Below, piece by piece: positions 20,764 to 33,482 of a stretch of DNA of 64,000 nt. Every line of letters begins with the position of its first letter. Position 1 is the first letter of the stretch. The translations under genes were made by a program, and so were the position numbers. The notes beneath the pieces were generated by a model that saw nothing but the letters and a program-made list of their open reading frames with translations, ran no database searches and was not told where the DNA came from. This stretch comes from an uncultured cyanobacterium (GTDB lineage: Bacteria; Cyanobacteriota; Cyanobacteriia; Cyanobacteriales; CAWCAG01), in the NCBI GenBank assembly GCA_963793425.1, contig CAWCAG010000005.1, positions 352,001-416,000 on the forward strand, given 5' to 3'.

Positions 20764-21094
20764 TTTTTGTTGCTCATAGTCAAGGAGAAAACGTCGAAAA
20801 TTTTGAGGTGATCGCAACTAATAAATACAATATCCTCACCAAGTCTAAGATTTTAGCAATTAGCAATTAGCCACTAGCTGATCGCTTTTGGCTAAATCTT
20901 TCTTGAGTAAAAAATGCTGCTTTGTCTTCTTAATTATTTAGGCTAGACTCGAAAAGACTTTCTTTCCAGGTGCAACCAGAATCTTACCTAAAATTCTTTG
21001 CCTGTTTGTCACAAATTACTGACAGGGAGACAAAGTGATGGCATGAAAAAATATAACTAGAATACAGACTAATCACTATTTACTTACCACGAAG

Positions 21095-21946
21095 ATGAAA
21101 TACAACGCAATATTAACAGTCGTTTTAGGGTTGAGTTTAGGAACTTTATTAAGCTGTACCCAAAAAATAGAACCACAAGCAGTTGTTTCTCAAGAAAAGC
21201 AAGAAATTAAACTTACGGGTGCGGGTTCTCCTTATCCCGCTTTAGAAGCTTTAGCGAAGGCTTATGAAATTAAAGAAGACGATGTTAAAATCAGCTTCTT
21301 GTCACCAAGTCAAAGCCCAGGGGGTATTGCTGGTGCTAAAGAGGGTTTGGTAGATATAGGCTCAGTTACGAGAAAACCTAAACCAGAAGAAGATGATGGT
21401 TCCCTAGAATATCAAGAATTAGCCCAAGATGGTTTAGTGGTGGCAACTCATCCTAGCGTTGAGGGGGTGACGAATTTAGAGACAGAGCAGCTTAAAGCTA
21501 TTTATAGCGGAGAAATAACCAATTGGCAAGAAGTTGGTGGCCCTGATGCAACTATTGTCTTGCTAGATTGACCGGAAGATGAGTCGGCGAAGAAACTATT
21601 ACGGGAATACTATTTAGGAGCAGACTTAAAAACCTCTCCAGAAGCAGTGATTTTGCGCCAGGAAGGTGATTTGATTGAAACAATACAGACTACTGAATAC
21701 AGTATCGGTGCATTTTCCCTCGCCTATGCCATGGTTAATGACTTGCCTGTTAACCGCCTTAGTCTTGCTCAGGTGAAACCTACGGCTGAGAATGTTAAAG
21801 CGGGGAAGTATGAGATGACGCGCAAACTCGGCATTGTCTTGAAAAAAGAAGGTATTTCTGAAGAAACTCGCCAATTTGTTGATTTTGCTTTTAGTGAAGA
21901 AGGGGCTAAAGCACTACAGCAAGCTGGTTTTGTCCCTTCGTTTTAA
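21095..21946 (+). pseudogene. PstS-like substrate-binding lipoprotein with in-frame TGA
   Basis: Lipobox LLSC; TGA at 21569-21571 where the paralog has AGA (LLD-R-P); same frame continues to 21946. Confidence 0.8.
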
Positions 21947-22043
21947 TTTGAAGCTCTTGTTTTTTAAGCTAGACTCGAAAAAATTCTCTTTCCGGGGGCA
22001 ATACCAACCTTCGAGTTTAATTTACCTTGGGAAAATAGTCTAA

Positions 22044-22901
22044 ATGAAGTGCAACGCATTATTGATAGTGGTTTTGGGATTAAGTTGGGGAACATTGGTA
22101 AGCTGTATCTCAGAAAAAGAATCGCCAGTTGTTGTCTCCCAACCACAGCAAGAGATTAAAATTGCTGGGGATGGGATTATTTATATCCCTTTGCAAGCTT
22201 TAGCTGAGGCTTATGAAAATAAAACAGACAATATTAAAATCAGCTTTTTGCCCCCCAATCGAAGCTTAGAGGGTATTGCTGGGGTAGAAAATAGCTTGGT
22301 GGATTTAGGTGCAGTTACCAGGAAACTGGAGCCAGAAGAGAATGATGATGCCTTAGAGTATCGGGAATTAGCCCAGGATGCTTTGGTTGTCGCAACTCAT
22401 CCTAGCGTTGAGGGTGTGACGAATTTACAGACAGAGCAGCTTAAGGCTATTTATAGCGGTGAAGTGACTAATTGGCAAGAGGTTGGTGGCCCCAATGCAC
22501 CTATTATCCTGCTAGATAGACCTAAATATGAATCAGGGAGAAAATTATTACAGGAATATTATTTAGGTGAAGAATTAGCAACCTCTCCAGAATCTGTCAT
22601 CTTAAGCAAAGAAAGTGAGCTAATTGAAACTTTAAGAAGTACTGAATATAGCATTGGTGCTTTTTCTCTTGCCTACGCTATAGTCAATGATTTGCCCCTT
22701 AATCGCCTCAGCCTTAATCAGGTGAAACCTACAGCAGCAAATGTTCAGGCGGGGAAGTATGAGATGACACGCAAACTCGGCATTGTTTACAACAAAGAAG
22801 ATACTTCTGAAGCAACTCGTCAATTTATTGATTTTGTTTTTGGTGAAGAAGGGGCTGAGGTATTGTTGCAAGCTGGTTTTGTGCCATCTCGCCAAAAATA
22901 G
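22044..22901 (+). CDS. PstS-like (PBP2) substrate-binding lipoprotein
   Basis: Lipobox LVSC; LKAIYSGEVTNWQEVGGP; tandem paralog of 21095. Confidence 0.85.
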   Translation: MKCNALLIVVLGLSWGTLVSCISEKESPVVVSQPQQEIKIAGDGIIYIPLQALAEAYENKTDNIKISFLPPNRSLEGIAGVENSLVDLGAVTRKLEPEENDDALEYRELAQDALVVATHPSVEGVTNLQTEQLKAIYSGEVTNWQEVGGPNAPIILLDRPKYESGRKLLQEYYLGEELATSPESVILSKESELIETLRSTEYSIGAFSLAYAIVNDLPLNRLSLNQVKPTAANVQAGKYEMTRKLGIVYNKEDTSEATRQFIDFVFGEEGAEVLLQAGFVPSRQK

Positions 22902-22913
22902 GACAAAAAAGAA

Positions 22914-25454
22914 ATGCTCCGTGATACTTACTCGAAATTCTCTTTAAGATTAAAAATACTCTTGCCTTTGCTTTCTCTGTTTCTATTAATGTGGGGTTTA
23001 GGCGCTCTTACTATGGGCTATTTCTTTACTAAACGCTTAGAAAAACATAGCCAGCAAGACGCAGAAGAAATTGCTTCTGTAGTGCAGCAAAACTTTGAAA
23101 GAAAGAAAGAGTTGCTCTTTTTGCAGGCAAGATGGGTAGCTGATAGTCCAGATATTGCTGAGTTAGTAGCGGCGGGTGACAAAAGCAAATTGCAACAAAT
23201 TTTGTTACCTTTACGTACTACTCTTGGACTTGATTTTATTGAAGTTATTGATAAGCAGGAAAACATATTAGTAGAAGTTAAGGGAACAGAAATAGCTGAA
23301 TCTGAATTGCAAGATAAATCTATTAATAAAGCAGCTAGTGTGGGCATGGATTTGTTTGATCTTGTACTAGCTGAAGGGGACAATTCTTCGATTTTGGTCG
23401 GTTTGACTTCAATTAAATCTTCAGAAGAAATTTTAGGTGGAGCTATTGTTGGTATTGCTATCAATGAGGAGTTGCTTAGGGAAATTCGCGCTCAATCTGA
23501 ATTACATTTAGTGGCTTTGTTCGACTCTCAAGTTACAGCTTCTACTTTACCCCAGGCTAAAAATACTTCCTGGCAAGCATCTCTTTTACAATCTTCTTCC
23601 TCTGCAAGAGTTACTATTGACAAGCAAGATTACTTTGCCCACACTTTAGAATTAGCTGGAATCAATAGTACAGATGGTAAGTTAGTTGTTCTCCGTTCTA
23701 CTCAAGATTTAGTTGAGGCAGAACGACAACTTTGGCTAGGTATTAGTATTTTTTGTTTATTAGGTTCAGGGGTTACTACTGCTATTGGTATTCGGGTAAC
23801 AAAGTTACTTACTAAGAGATTAGAACAAGTGACTGACGTTGCTAAGCAAGTAACTGAAGAAGCTGATTTTTCACTTCAGGCTCCCGTTACAGACAAAGAT
23901 GAAGTGACAGTTTTAGCAACTTCTTTGAATCAATTAATAGGGCAAGTTGGGCAGTTATTAACAGAAAAAGAAACAGAAGTAAAAGGTCAACAACTGCTTA
24001 GCCAAGAGTTACAAGTAGCCAAAGAATCTGCCGAGATTGCTAACCGCTCCAAAAGTGAATTTTTGGCTAATATGAGCCATGAATTAAGGACTCCCCTCAA
24101 TGGTATTCTCGGCTATACTCAGATTCTGCAAAATTCTTTAAACATGACCTCTTCTGAGTTGAGAGGGATTGATATTATTCATCAATGTGGTAACCATTTA
24201 CTCACTTTAATTAATGATATTTTAGACCTTTCTAAAATTGAAGCAGGGAAAATGGAACTTTATCAAACAGAGTTTCATCTTATTCCTTTTTTAGAAGGTA
24301 TTGCTGATATCTGTCAAATTAGAGCCAAGAAACATCATATTTCTTTTCTTTGTCAGCTTAGCCCAGAACTTCCTCAAGGAGTTTTAGCTGATGATAAACG
24401 CTTACGCCAAATATTAATTAATATTTTAGGTAATGCGATTAAGTTTACTCAATCAGGAGGAGTAACTTTAAGGGTTGATGTTCTTGAAAGAAGCTTAGAA
24501 AACAACCAAGAAACAAAGACTAAGATTCGCTTTCAAGTAGAGGATACTGGAGTTGGCATGGCTCCTGAGCAGTTAGAAAAAATCTTTTTGCCCTTTGAGC
24601 AAGTAGGAGAAGCTACTCATAAAGCAGAAGGCACTGGTTTAGGGCTAGCTATTACTAAAAAGATTCTTGCTTTGATGAACTCTAAGTTAGAAGTGAGCAG
24701 CAAGTTAGGGGAAGGGAGCGTATTTTGGTTTGATATTTATCTCCAGGAAGCTATTAACTTAGGGACTATTAAATCTTCTCCAAAAAAGACTCAAAATGTC
24801 ATTGGTTTTAACGGAGAGAAAAACAAAATTTTAATAGTAGATGACCAGTGGTCTAATCGTTTAGTTGCTGTTAATATGCTTGCTCGTTTAGGTTTTCAAA
24901 TTGCTGAAGCAACTAATGGCAAAGAAAGTTTGCAGCAAGTTGAAGAGTTTAAACCTGATTTAGTGATTATGGATTTGGTTATGCCGACAATGGATGGTTT
25001 TGAAGCAATTTACGAACTACGCCAATCTCCTCAATGGCAATCATTAAAGGTTATCGCTTCTTCAGCAAGTGTCTTTGATAACGATAAACAAAAAAGTGTC
25101 CAGGTAGGAGCAGATGCTTTTCTGCCAAAACCAATTGATAAAAGCAAGTTACTAGAAATATTGCAGAAGCATTTGCAACTGGAGTGGATTTATCAACAAC
25201 AAGAACAGGAAAAATTGCAGAGTAAAGAGCAAGAGCAAAAACAAGAGTCAGTAATATGTTTGCCTATAAGTGAAGAGTTGCAGAAACTTTATGATTTAGC
25301 CAGGGCTGGGTTGATTAATGATATTTTAGTTCAACTTGATCAACTAGAAGAAGGCAATTCTAATTTAAAGGAGTTTTGCCAGCAAATTCGCCAATGGATT
25401 AAGAATTTTCAACTGAAAACAATTAAAAATTTTCTTAAAGAAAGTCTTAATTAA
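22914..25454 (+). CDS. Hybrid histidine kinase (TM-Cache-like-TM-HAMP-HisKA-HATPase-REC)
   Basis: [46 protein letters not shown]. Confidence 0.95.
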   Translation: MLRDTYSKFSLRLKILLPLLSLFLLMWGLGALTMGYFFTKRLEKHSQQDAEEIASVVQQNFERKKELLFLQARWVADSPDIAELVAAGDKSKLQQILLPLRTTLGLDFIEVIDKQENILVEVKGTEIAESELQDKSINKAASVGMDLFDLVLAEGDNSSILVGLTSIKSSEEILGGAIVGIAINEELLREIRAQSELHLVALFDSQVTASTLPQAKNTSWQASLLQSSSSARVTIDKQDYFAHTLELAGINSTDGKLVVLRSTQDLVEAERQLWLGISIFCLLGSGVTTAIGIRVTKLLTKRLEQVTDVAKQVTEEADFSLQAPVTDKDEVTVLATSLNQLIGQVGQLLTEKETEVKGQQLLSQELQVAKESAEIANRSKSEFLANMSHELRTPLNGILGYTQILQNSLNMTSSELRGIDIIHQCGNHLLTLINDILDLSKIEAGKMELYQTEFHLIPFLEGIADICQIRAKKHHISFLCQLSPELPQGVLADDKRLRQILINILGNAIKFTQSGGVTLRVDVLERSLENNQETKTKIRFQVEDTGVGMAPEQLEKIFLPFEQVGEATHKAEGTGLGLAITKKILALMNSKLEVSSKLGEGSVFWFDIYLQEAINLGTIKSSPKKTQNVIGFNGEKNKILIVDDQWSNRLVAVNMLARLGFQIAEATNGKESLQQVEEFKPDLVIMDLVMPTMDGFEAIYELRQSPQWQSLKVIASSASVFDNDKQKSVQVGADAFLPKPIDKSKLLEILQKHLQLEWIYQQQEQEKLQSKEQEQKQESVICLPISEELQKLYDLARAGLINDILVQLDQLEEGNSNLKEFCQQIRQWIKNFQLKTIKNFLKESLN

Positions 25455-25568
25455 ACTAAGCTGTTACGCATTTAAAAGACATATTATTGAGTTAACTAGG
25501 ATAAGCTGTATTTCTGACCTATTACCTATTACCTCCCCTCGTAACCCAACTCAAAAGCATAGCAGCTT

Positions 25569-26924
25569 ATGAACTTTCCCCCCTTCTCAATAAGCAATAG
25601 TAAAACTTGGTTTAGTAATTGGCTAGATAACATTAAATTTAGCCATAGAATCCTTTATGGATATGCTTTTGCTGTTAGTGTGGCTGTTCTGGGTACAACT
25701 TCAGGATTAATTATTGGCAACTCTTACCAACAGTATGCTTATGGATTGAGGGAAGATTTTTTAGAAGAAATAGAATCAATTATTAAATTACAAAATAGTT
25801 TACTGCATCTACAAAAACATCAGCAACAGTTTTTTGGTCTATTAGAAAAACCAGAACTTTTTCGAGAAGAATATCAACTTTTCAAACAACATCAAGAACA
25901 AACTTATCAACTTTGGTCTGATTTTAAGATTTCTCACCAAGGAATAAGACCAGGAGATGATGAAGAAGAGTTAGCAATGGTTGAGGATATTATCGAAAAG
26001 TATGATGGAACAGAAGTAAATTATACAAGACAATTAGATGCGGTTTTAAAGGTGATGGATTGCAACAATCCTTCTCCAGAAGAACAAGCAAGATTGCAAC
26101 GTTTGCTTATAGCTTTTGCCAAGAATCCTCTCTCTCTACAACTAAGGGAATTTGTTATTGATTTAGAAAAATTAAGCGAGTTAGGAGAAGGTAGTACATT
26201 TTGGTTTGATTTACTTGTTTGGGAAGTTGATACTCAACAAAATGCTGAGGCATTTAGCCCAAAAACTATTATTGGTTTTAGAGAAGATAAAAAGAAAATT
26301 TTGGTAGTAGACGATTGCTGGTCAAATAGGTTAATTATTATTAGTATGTTATCCCCTTTAGGATTTCAAATTACTGAGGCAATTGACGGAGAAGAAGCTT
26401 TGCAAAAAATAGAATTATTGCAGCCTGATTTAGTGATTATGGATTTAGCTATGCCGAAAATAGATGGTTTTGAAGTGATCCAAAGATTGCGCCAATCTTC
26501 CCAATGGCAATCACTAAAAATTATTGCTTCTTCTGCCAGAGTTTTTAACCGAGATCAGCAAAAAAGCGCTGAAGTGGGGGCAGATAGTTTTTTACCCAAA
26601 CCGATTGATAAAGTTAAGCTAATGGAAATGTTGCAAAAGCATTTGCAATTAGAGTGGATTTATCAACAACAAACTGAAGAAACATTCCCCCCAGAAAAAC
26701 CTTCTGAAACCCAAGCCTTAGTTTTACCGCCAATAGAGGTGATTAAAGAGCTTTACAACTTGGCAAGAGCAGGATTAGTTAGTGACATCTTAGACCAAAT
26801 TAATCACTTAGAAAAAACTAATTCTAACTTAGTTCCTTTTGGTAACAAAATCCGTCAATGGGCCAAAGCCTTCCAAGTCAAAGAAATTCAAACCTATCTA
26901 GAGTCACTCCTCAACAAACGCTAA
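25569..26924 (+). pseudogene. Hybrid kinase derivative: sensor fused in frame to REC, HisKA/HATPase deleted
   Basis: Sensor region joins directly to SELGEGSTFWF (last HATPase strand) near 26175; no H, N or G boxes. Confidence 0.7.
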
Positions 26925-26961
26925 TCTCTTAACTTATTACTTATTACTTATTACTTAAAAA

Positions 26962-28394
26962 ATGCTCTCCCCTTCATTATTACAATTTATTCCCCATGGA
27001 CATTGCTATCTTTGGCAAACTGGGCTGGTTAATCTACACGTTATCTCCGATGCAACTATTGCCATTGCCTACTTTTCCATTCCCTTAACTTTGTTGTATT
27101 TAGTCCATAAAAGAAGGGTATTGATATTATTTACCGCTCTGGTAATCATCTCCTCACCCTCATCAACGACATTTTGGAAAGATCCAAAATTGAGGCGGGG
27201 AAAATGGAATTGCACCAAACTACCTTTAATCTTGCTGGCTTCTTACAAAATATCGCAGATATCTGTCGCATTCGAGTAGAAAAAAAGCACATTGCTTTTG
27301 TCTACCAACCTAATCCTCAACTGCCTGAATTTGTTAGGGGAGATGAAAAACGTTTGCGACAGGTATTAATTAATCTTTTAGGCAATGCAATTAAATTTAC
27401 TCAAACTGGAAAAGTGACATTTTCTATTGACGTTATCGAGCAAGATAAGCAGCAAACAATTAATAAAGTTCGCTTTCAAATTGAAGATACTGGTGTTGGT
27501 ATTTCCCCAAAAGAATTAGAGAAAATCTTTCTCCCTTTTGAGCAAGTAGATAATATTTCTCGGCAAGTAGAAGGGACAGGCTTAGGGCTGACAATCACTA
27601 AAAAAATTCTGGTCATGATGGATGTCGAATTAGAGGTAAAAAGCCAGTTAGGAGAAGGGAGCAAATTTTGGTTTGACTTAATATTGCCAAAATCTAATAG
27701 TAAATCTGCTTTAAACAGAGATGTTAGTCCTGATATAGTAGGCTTTAAAGGCAAAAAGAATAAAATTTTAGTGGTAGATGATCAGTGGTTAAATCGCTCA
27801 GTAATTAGAAAACTTCTTACTCCTTTGGGCTTCAAAGTTGCTGAAGCAAGTAATGGAGAAGAGGGCTTACAAAAAGTAGCACATTTCAAACCAGATTTAA
27901 TTATTTCTGATTTTGTCATGCCCCAAATGGATGGCTTTGAGATGTTGCGACGCTTACGAAGTTCAGACTTAGTAGATTCTACTATTTTAATCGCTTCCTC
28001 TGCTAGTGTTTTTGATACTGATAAGCAAAAGAGTTTAGAAGCTGGGTTTAATGATTTTCTTCCTAAACCAGTAAACCAAGATGAATTACTAGAAAAATTA
28101 GAGAAACATTTACCGATCGAATGGGTTTATCAACCGCAAAATAAAGCACAACTAGTTAGAAATCACCCAGAAAAAGAAGGAATATCAGAGCATAACTCAG
28201 TTGTTTTTCCTCCCTCAGAAAAAGTGTCTGAACTATATAATTTGGCTAAGGCAGGTTTGATTAGCGATATTTTAGAAGAAGCGGAGAAGCTCGAAAAACT
28301 AGACCCCAAGTATGTAGTTTTCGCCACAAAGTTACGTCAATTGGGGGAAGGTTTTCGAGTTAAGCAATTGCAAGAGTTCCTTAAGCAAGATTGA
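26962..28394 (+). pseudogene. Hybrid kinase with PHGHC membrane sensor; out-of-frame deletion removes the H box
   Basis: FIPHGHCYLWQ N-terminus; at about 27116 another frame resumes as [20 protein letters not shown], then intact HATPase and REC. Confidence 0.8.
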
Positions 28395-28521
28395 ATTTGT
28401 TGATTTTTAGCCAACAAATGTAACAGTTTATTAAAAACCAGCAGCTAATTTTCCCAAATTTCTCTGTTTTGCCTGAGAGATAAATAGCACAACAGTTTTC
28501 TGTAGCTATGGGATTAAGCGA

Positions 28522-31378
28522 ATGAAGTATCAGAAAAACCCAATTCAAAATCAAGTTAAAGACAAAACACCTCTTTCTTTGGGCAAAAGATTAGTTTACA
28601 CCTTTTATGAAGCAATCTTTTCCTTGTGGAATCTGGTTTTCCTCGCCATTGTTTATGCAGGAATGTTGCCTCTACTGGCAGGAGATATGATAGAAGCCCT
28701 ATCAAGTGGGGCGATGAGATTAGAAATTTTCCTCACCTTAATAGGTGCGATCGCAGTTCCCACCGTCTTCACTGTGATCGGGGTTTTAGCTTTCATCAAA
28801 AAACCGGTCAAACTTATCCACCTTTTTTATGGTGTAGAAGCGCCTTTATTTTTACTCTGTTTAATTCGTCTTTTTATCATCAGAGAACTTACTCCCGCTA
28901 GCCATTTAGTTATGGCAACCTTCTTTATTTGTATAATGGGATTCTTCCTGGAATTAATGGGGGATTATGCCCAACATAATCGCTTCTTAGCTTCGTTACA
29001 ACTAGCCATTCATAGCCTTTTATTAGTAGTAGGAACAGCCATAGCTGCCCTAATCGGTTTTTATGTTGTACCGATAGCAATTTTTCTCTGGCGGGGATTT
29101 TGGTCTTTTGGTTGGGTACAAGGTTTGTGGTGGATGCTAAGTGATCCTTGGCGCTGGGGAAATATCTATGAATGGGTTATTTTCGGCCCTTTATATTTAC
29201 TATTTATTAGTATTAGCGCCACTGTATTTGTCTTAATGCCTTTGTTCTTAATTAATATCTATATTCGTTCAGGACATCGCATCTTACAACAATTTAGTTG
29301 GCAATATGGAAAAACTCGAACTATTCAAGGAGTTGTTGCCGTATTAGGTGTTTGGTTCATTGCCTTCTTTGTTTTAAGTCAACAACCTCAAGTCAAAGCA
29401 TTTGAACTATTAGCTAAACCAGCCCAAACCGATACCCAAAAAACTGCTTTACTAGATAAATCAAAAGAAATTCGTCGCGGTTTAACCAATGCTTATTTAT
29501 CTGGCTACCGCTACCTATCTCCCGTAGAAAAGAGTAACTCTATTGCCCGTTTTTATCAGGACTTAGATTTCTCTTCTGCAACAGCGCAATTAGTACAAAA
29601 CAGTTACAACAATTTAATCTCACCTTTCCTTTATCAAGGTTCCAACTCTGATCGCCAAAAAGCCGAGAAACTCTATGAAAAATTCTTTGATCTACCCATT
29701 CAAAAAGGAGAAAAAGAAGCCATTAGGAAGGCTCTAAAATCTACAGTCATGGTAGATGAAGCCAAAGCCGGAGTCCTGAACATTGATGAAAAAAGAGTTT
29801 GGTTGCGATCACAAGATATCAATCTCACTCCTCACAAAAATTGGGCAGATGTAGAAATTCATGAGGTTTATGAAAATCAAACCACTGATGTCGAAGAAAT
29901 TCTCTACTATTTTTCCTTGCCAGAAAGTGCTGTAATCACAGGAGTTTGGTTAGGAGACACTGCTAATCGAGATGCCCGTTTCACATTCCAAGTTTCTCCT
30001 CGTGGAGCAGCACAAAAAGTTTATAATTCCCAAGTTAAGAGAATCAATCCTGTAGATCCAGCATTATTAGAACAAGTTGGCCCCCGCAACTATCGCTATA
30101 AGGGCTTTTCCTGTTCCTCCCCGTAACAACTTCTCCCAACCAGCCGATGCCCCCATAGAAATGCACTTGTGGTTAACCTATAAAGTGATGCGACAAAAAG
30201 AAGGCTGGGCTTTACCTAAATTAAGGGAAAAGCGTAACATTTACTGGAACGAAGATAGCCAAAGACTTCGCCAAGGTAAAAAAGTTAAAGAAGATAAAGA
30301 TAACTGGTTGCCAGAATTCCTCCCCGCCAAAAGGAAATATCGCCCTCAAATTCAGGAAGTTAACTTCGCTGAAGGCTACCGCATCTCTTTCCATCCCTTA
30401 AAATCTAGCGATTATGTCTTACCTAAAGGAAAACGTTTTGCCATCATCTTAGATAGTTCCCGCAGTATGGATGAACATAGCCAGGAAGTGGAAGAAACTT
30501 TTAATTGGCTAGAAAAACAAGGCTTTGCTGATAACAGCTTCAGCAACAACGATGCTGACCTTTATCTTACTGCCTCCGATGCTGCACCTCAACGCCTTGA
30601 TGATTTACGCAACTATAAAGCCAAAAAGCAAGTCTTTTACGGCAAGCCGCAATTAAAGGAAATGTTGGCACAATTTGTTAAGTTACAAAAGGACACTCCT
30701 TACGACGGCATCATCATTCTCACAGATGCTAGCAACTACGAATTGTCTGATAATAGCAAAGATGTAACCCCAGTCAACGCACCTTTATGGGTAGTTAATT
30801 TAGGGGGCTTATCTCCTGCCTATAGCGATGGTATCCTCAAACTTATTCAGGATTCCCAAGGAGGCGTAGCAACTCAATTACCAGAGGTGTTACAAAGAAT
30901 CGCTACTCAATCTCAATTAGGGGCTGAAGTTGTTAGCGTCAGCGATGGCTATGCTTGGTTTCGGGAACCAGGAACAGAGAAAATAACTTCTAACCCCGAT
31001 TTAGCCCCCTTAGCGGCAAGGCAGTTAACCCGAAGTTTGAGTAGGGAATTGGATAGCAACTCTGCATCCGGACTTGACACTATCCACGCCATTGCTAAAA
31101 AGTATCAAATCGTCACTCCCTACTCTTCTATGATTGTTTTAGTCAACGACGAACAACGGGCAGCATTGAAAAAAGCAGAGTTAGAAAAAGATCGTTTTGA
31201 TAGGAAAGTAGAAAATGGCAAAGAAGACTTAAATCAACCAAATAATCCTTTAAGTACAGCCACAACCATACCAGAACCAAGGGCGATTATTGGTATCTTA
31301 CCCGTAGCAATTTATTTATTTACACGGCGTAAATCAAACGCTTCACGGAAGTTATTGAGGAAGGCTTCTCGCAATTAG
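28522..31378 (+). pseudogene. PEP-CTERM integral membrane protein (VIT/vWA-like domains), frameshifted
   Basis: Multi-TM N-terminus, DPALLEQVGP, extra base near 30097-30100, ILDSSRSM, C-terminal IPEP-TM-RRK sorting signal. Confidence 0.8.
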
Positions 31379-31435
31379 TAAACAGTAGACATCTCCGGAA
31401 AAGAGGGTTGGCGCACTTCCTTGCCGTAGGCTACG

Positions 31436-31464
31436 GGGAACAGGGAACAGGGAACAGGGAACAG
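31436..31464. repeat. Heptamer tandem repeat (GGGAACA)x4
   Basis: Direct reading of sequence. Confidence 0.9.
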
Positions 31465-31554
31465 CGGCAAGATACGTAGCTTTACTACTCCCCATTCCCC
31501 GCTCCCTAGTCCCTACCTCCCAAGTAATCTGTGCTACCAAACACCGATTTAATA

Positions 31555-32187
31555 TTACTGCCAATAAGCCACCTTTGTTCTTGGGGTTTTCGAGACAATA
31601 AACTTGCAAGGGATAACATGAACAGTCCCTTTTCCAGCTTTTTCTCCTGGTCCAGATACTTGAATACTTAAGTTTAGGGTGAACTCGCCGCCTTCTTCAG
31701 GAAGACTTTTCAATTCTTCAGAACTAAATAAGGGTTTAGTTAATTCTAAAGAACCATTTGCGCCAGGTTTTAGGGTCGTTTCTGTGGTAATTTTAGCAGC
31801 AACATTTTGACTTGGCCCCACCGTAGTAAAAGTTTGAGGTTGGGAAAGATCAATCTTCATTCCTGGTACTTCTCTGATTACCCGTTGTGATTTTCCTTTG
31901 AGATTAGATAGAGTACTTTGCTGCCAGTTTATGGCCAAAGAACGAGTAGGAGATTTGTTTTCAATAACAATACCAATGTCTCGAAAATTCTCCATTTCGC
32001 GCATATTAGGAAGGGCAAACTTAAGATCAAGTATGTCTCCTAACTTCTTTTTGGCAATAGCTTGATTGATGTCCTCTTGATCTGCTCTTGCGCCGACGTA
32101 TTTATCTAAAGATTGAGCAACTTGATAAAAGACATAAATAATACAAATTAGATAAATAACTACAATAAGTAAATTTCTGTCATTCAT
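31555..32187 (-). CDS. Hypothetical membrane-anchored protein
   Basis: 210-aa ORF with N-terminal TM helix. Confidence 0.7.
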   Translation of the reverse strand: MNDRNLLIVVIYLICIIYVFYQVAQSLDKYVGARADQEDINQAIAKKKLGDILDLKFALPNMREMENFRDIGIVIENKSPTRSLAINWQQSTLSNLKGKSQRVIREVPGMKIDLSQPQTFTTVGPSQNVAAKITTETTLKPGANGSLELTKPLFSSEELKSLPEEGGEFTLNLSIQVSGPGEKAGKGTVHVIPCKFIVSKTPRTKVAYWQ

Positions 32188-32246
32188 TACTTTAGTGAGA
32201 AACTATAGCATTTCTATTGGGGACATAGACTAGGGAGTACTGATTA

Positions 32247-33389
32247 TTAATCATCTTCTACCTTATAAAAGTTTTCAAACCAACCTTGTCGCCAAAACAA
32301 AGAAACTAAGGTAGTAGAAATAACCACGATAACGCCCCAGAAAATGAAATAACTCCATTTATAACTCAATTCTGGCATATAGCTAAAGTTCATTCCGTAA
32401 ACTCCTGCCAAAAAGGAAAGGGGGATAAAAATAGTCGAAATCACTGTCAATACCTTCATCACCTCATTCATTTTATTACTAACTGAAGACATATAAACAT
32501 CCATTAAACCAGAAGATAACTCTCGATAGGTTTCGACAATATCTAATAATTGAATAATATGGTCATAGCAATCTCGAAAATAAATTTGTACCTCTGAACT
32601 AATAAGCTGATTTCTATCCCGAATCAAAGAATTAATCGCATTGCGTTGAGGCCAAATTGCGCGACGCAATGCTAATAACTCTCGTCGTACATCATAGATT
32701 TTTTCCAAGGTACGACGACTAGGATTAAGGACTACCTCATCTTCTAAGGCTTCAATCCTCTCGCCATAGTCTTCTAACACAGGAAAAAAACCATCAATAA
32801 TTGAATCTAATAGGGCATAAGCAAGATAATCAGCACCTAACTGGCGGACTTTACCTTTACCAGAACGCAGGCGATCCCGTACATAACTAAAACAGTCGCG
32901 GGCTGGTTCTTCTTGAAAAGTGAGTAGATAATGTTTACCCAAAATAAAACTAACCTGTTCACTATCAAAACCTTCTTCATCAGATTTCGGTAAGACCATT
33001 TGAGCAATAATAATCAACTGTTCATTGTAGTCTTCAACCTTGGGTCGTTGAGGAACATTGACTACATCTTCTAGGAGCAAAGGATGCAATTCAAAAATTT
33101 CTCCAAGCTGTTTCAAAACCTCTTCGCTACCCAAACCTTGAACATCAACCCAAGAGACTGAGGTTGCATCTCGATAGTTTAGACATTCTTGGGGGGAAAG
33201 ATTAACTTTACGAATAGCTTGATTAATGTTGTAGTCGATCAACACAATTAAAGAAGGTTTAGCATCAGGATCAATATGGAGAGTTCCTGGTTCGCTTCCT
33301 GGTTCATCAAAGAAATATTCGAAGTAATCTTCTTCTTCTGGAGTAAAATTAGCGAGAGATTTTTGTTGAGAAGCTTGGGGATTTGACAT
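32247..33389 (-). CDS. corA: Magnesium/cobalt transporter CorA
   Basis: QRPKVEDY, MNEVMKVLT, YGMNF..MPEL. Confidence 0.95.
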   Translation of the reverse strand: MSNPQASQQKSLANFTPEEEDYFEYFFDEPGSEPGTLHIDPDAKPSLIVLIDYNINQAIRKVNLSPQECLNYRDATSVSWVDVQGLGSEEVLKQLGEIFELHPLLLEDVVNVPQRPKVEDYNEQLIIIAQMVLPKSDEEGFDSEQVSFILGKHYLLTFQEEPARDCFSYVRDRLRSGKGKVRQLGADYLAYALLDSIIDGFFPVLEDYGERIEALEDEVVLNPSRRTLEKIYDVRRELLALRRAIWPQRNAINSLIRDRNQLISSEVQIYFRDCYDHIIQLLDIVETYRELSSGLMDVYMSSVSNKMNEVMKVLTVISTIFIPLSFLAGVYGMNFSYMPELSYKWSYFIFWGVIVVISTTLVSLFWRQGWFENFYKVEDD

Positions 33390-33482
33390 AATTACTCTTC
33401 CATCGCGATCACACTCCTAGCCGATTCTAAGCTCTTTTGGCAATAAAGCCACAAAACCAAGATGTTTAATGTTTGATGTTTA

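Noticed and set aside
20806..20836. Short matches to the toxin region (aggtgatcgcaa; aataaatacaatatc)
   Set aside because: Short, AT-rich or HIP1-biased; chance cannot be excluded
21569..21571. In-frame TGA as selenocysteine or programmed readthrough
   Set aside because: Paralog has Arg, not Cys, at this site; a simple nonsense mutation explains it
31352..31609. 85-aa ORF
   Set aside because: Mostly translated heptamer repeats between convergent genes
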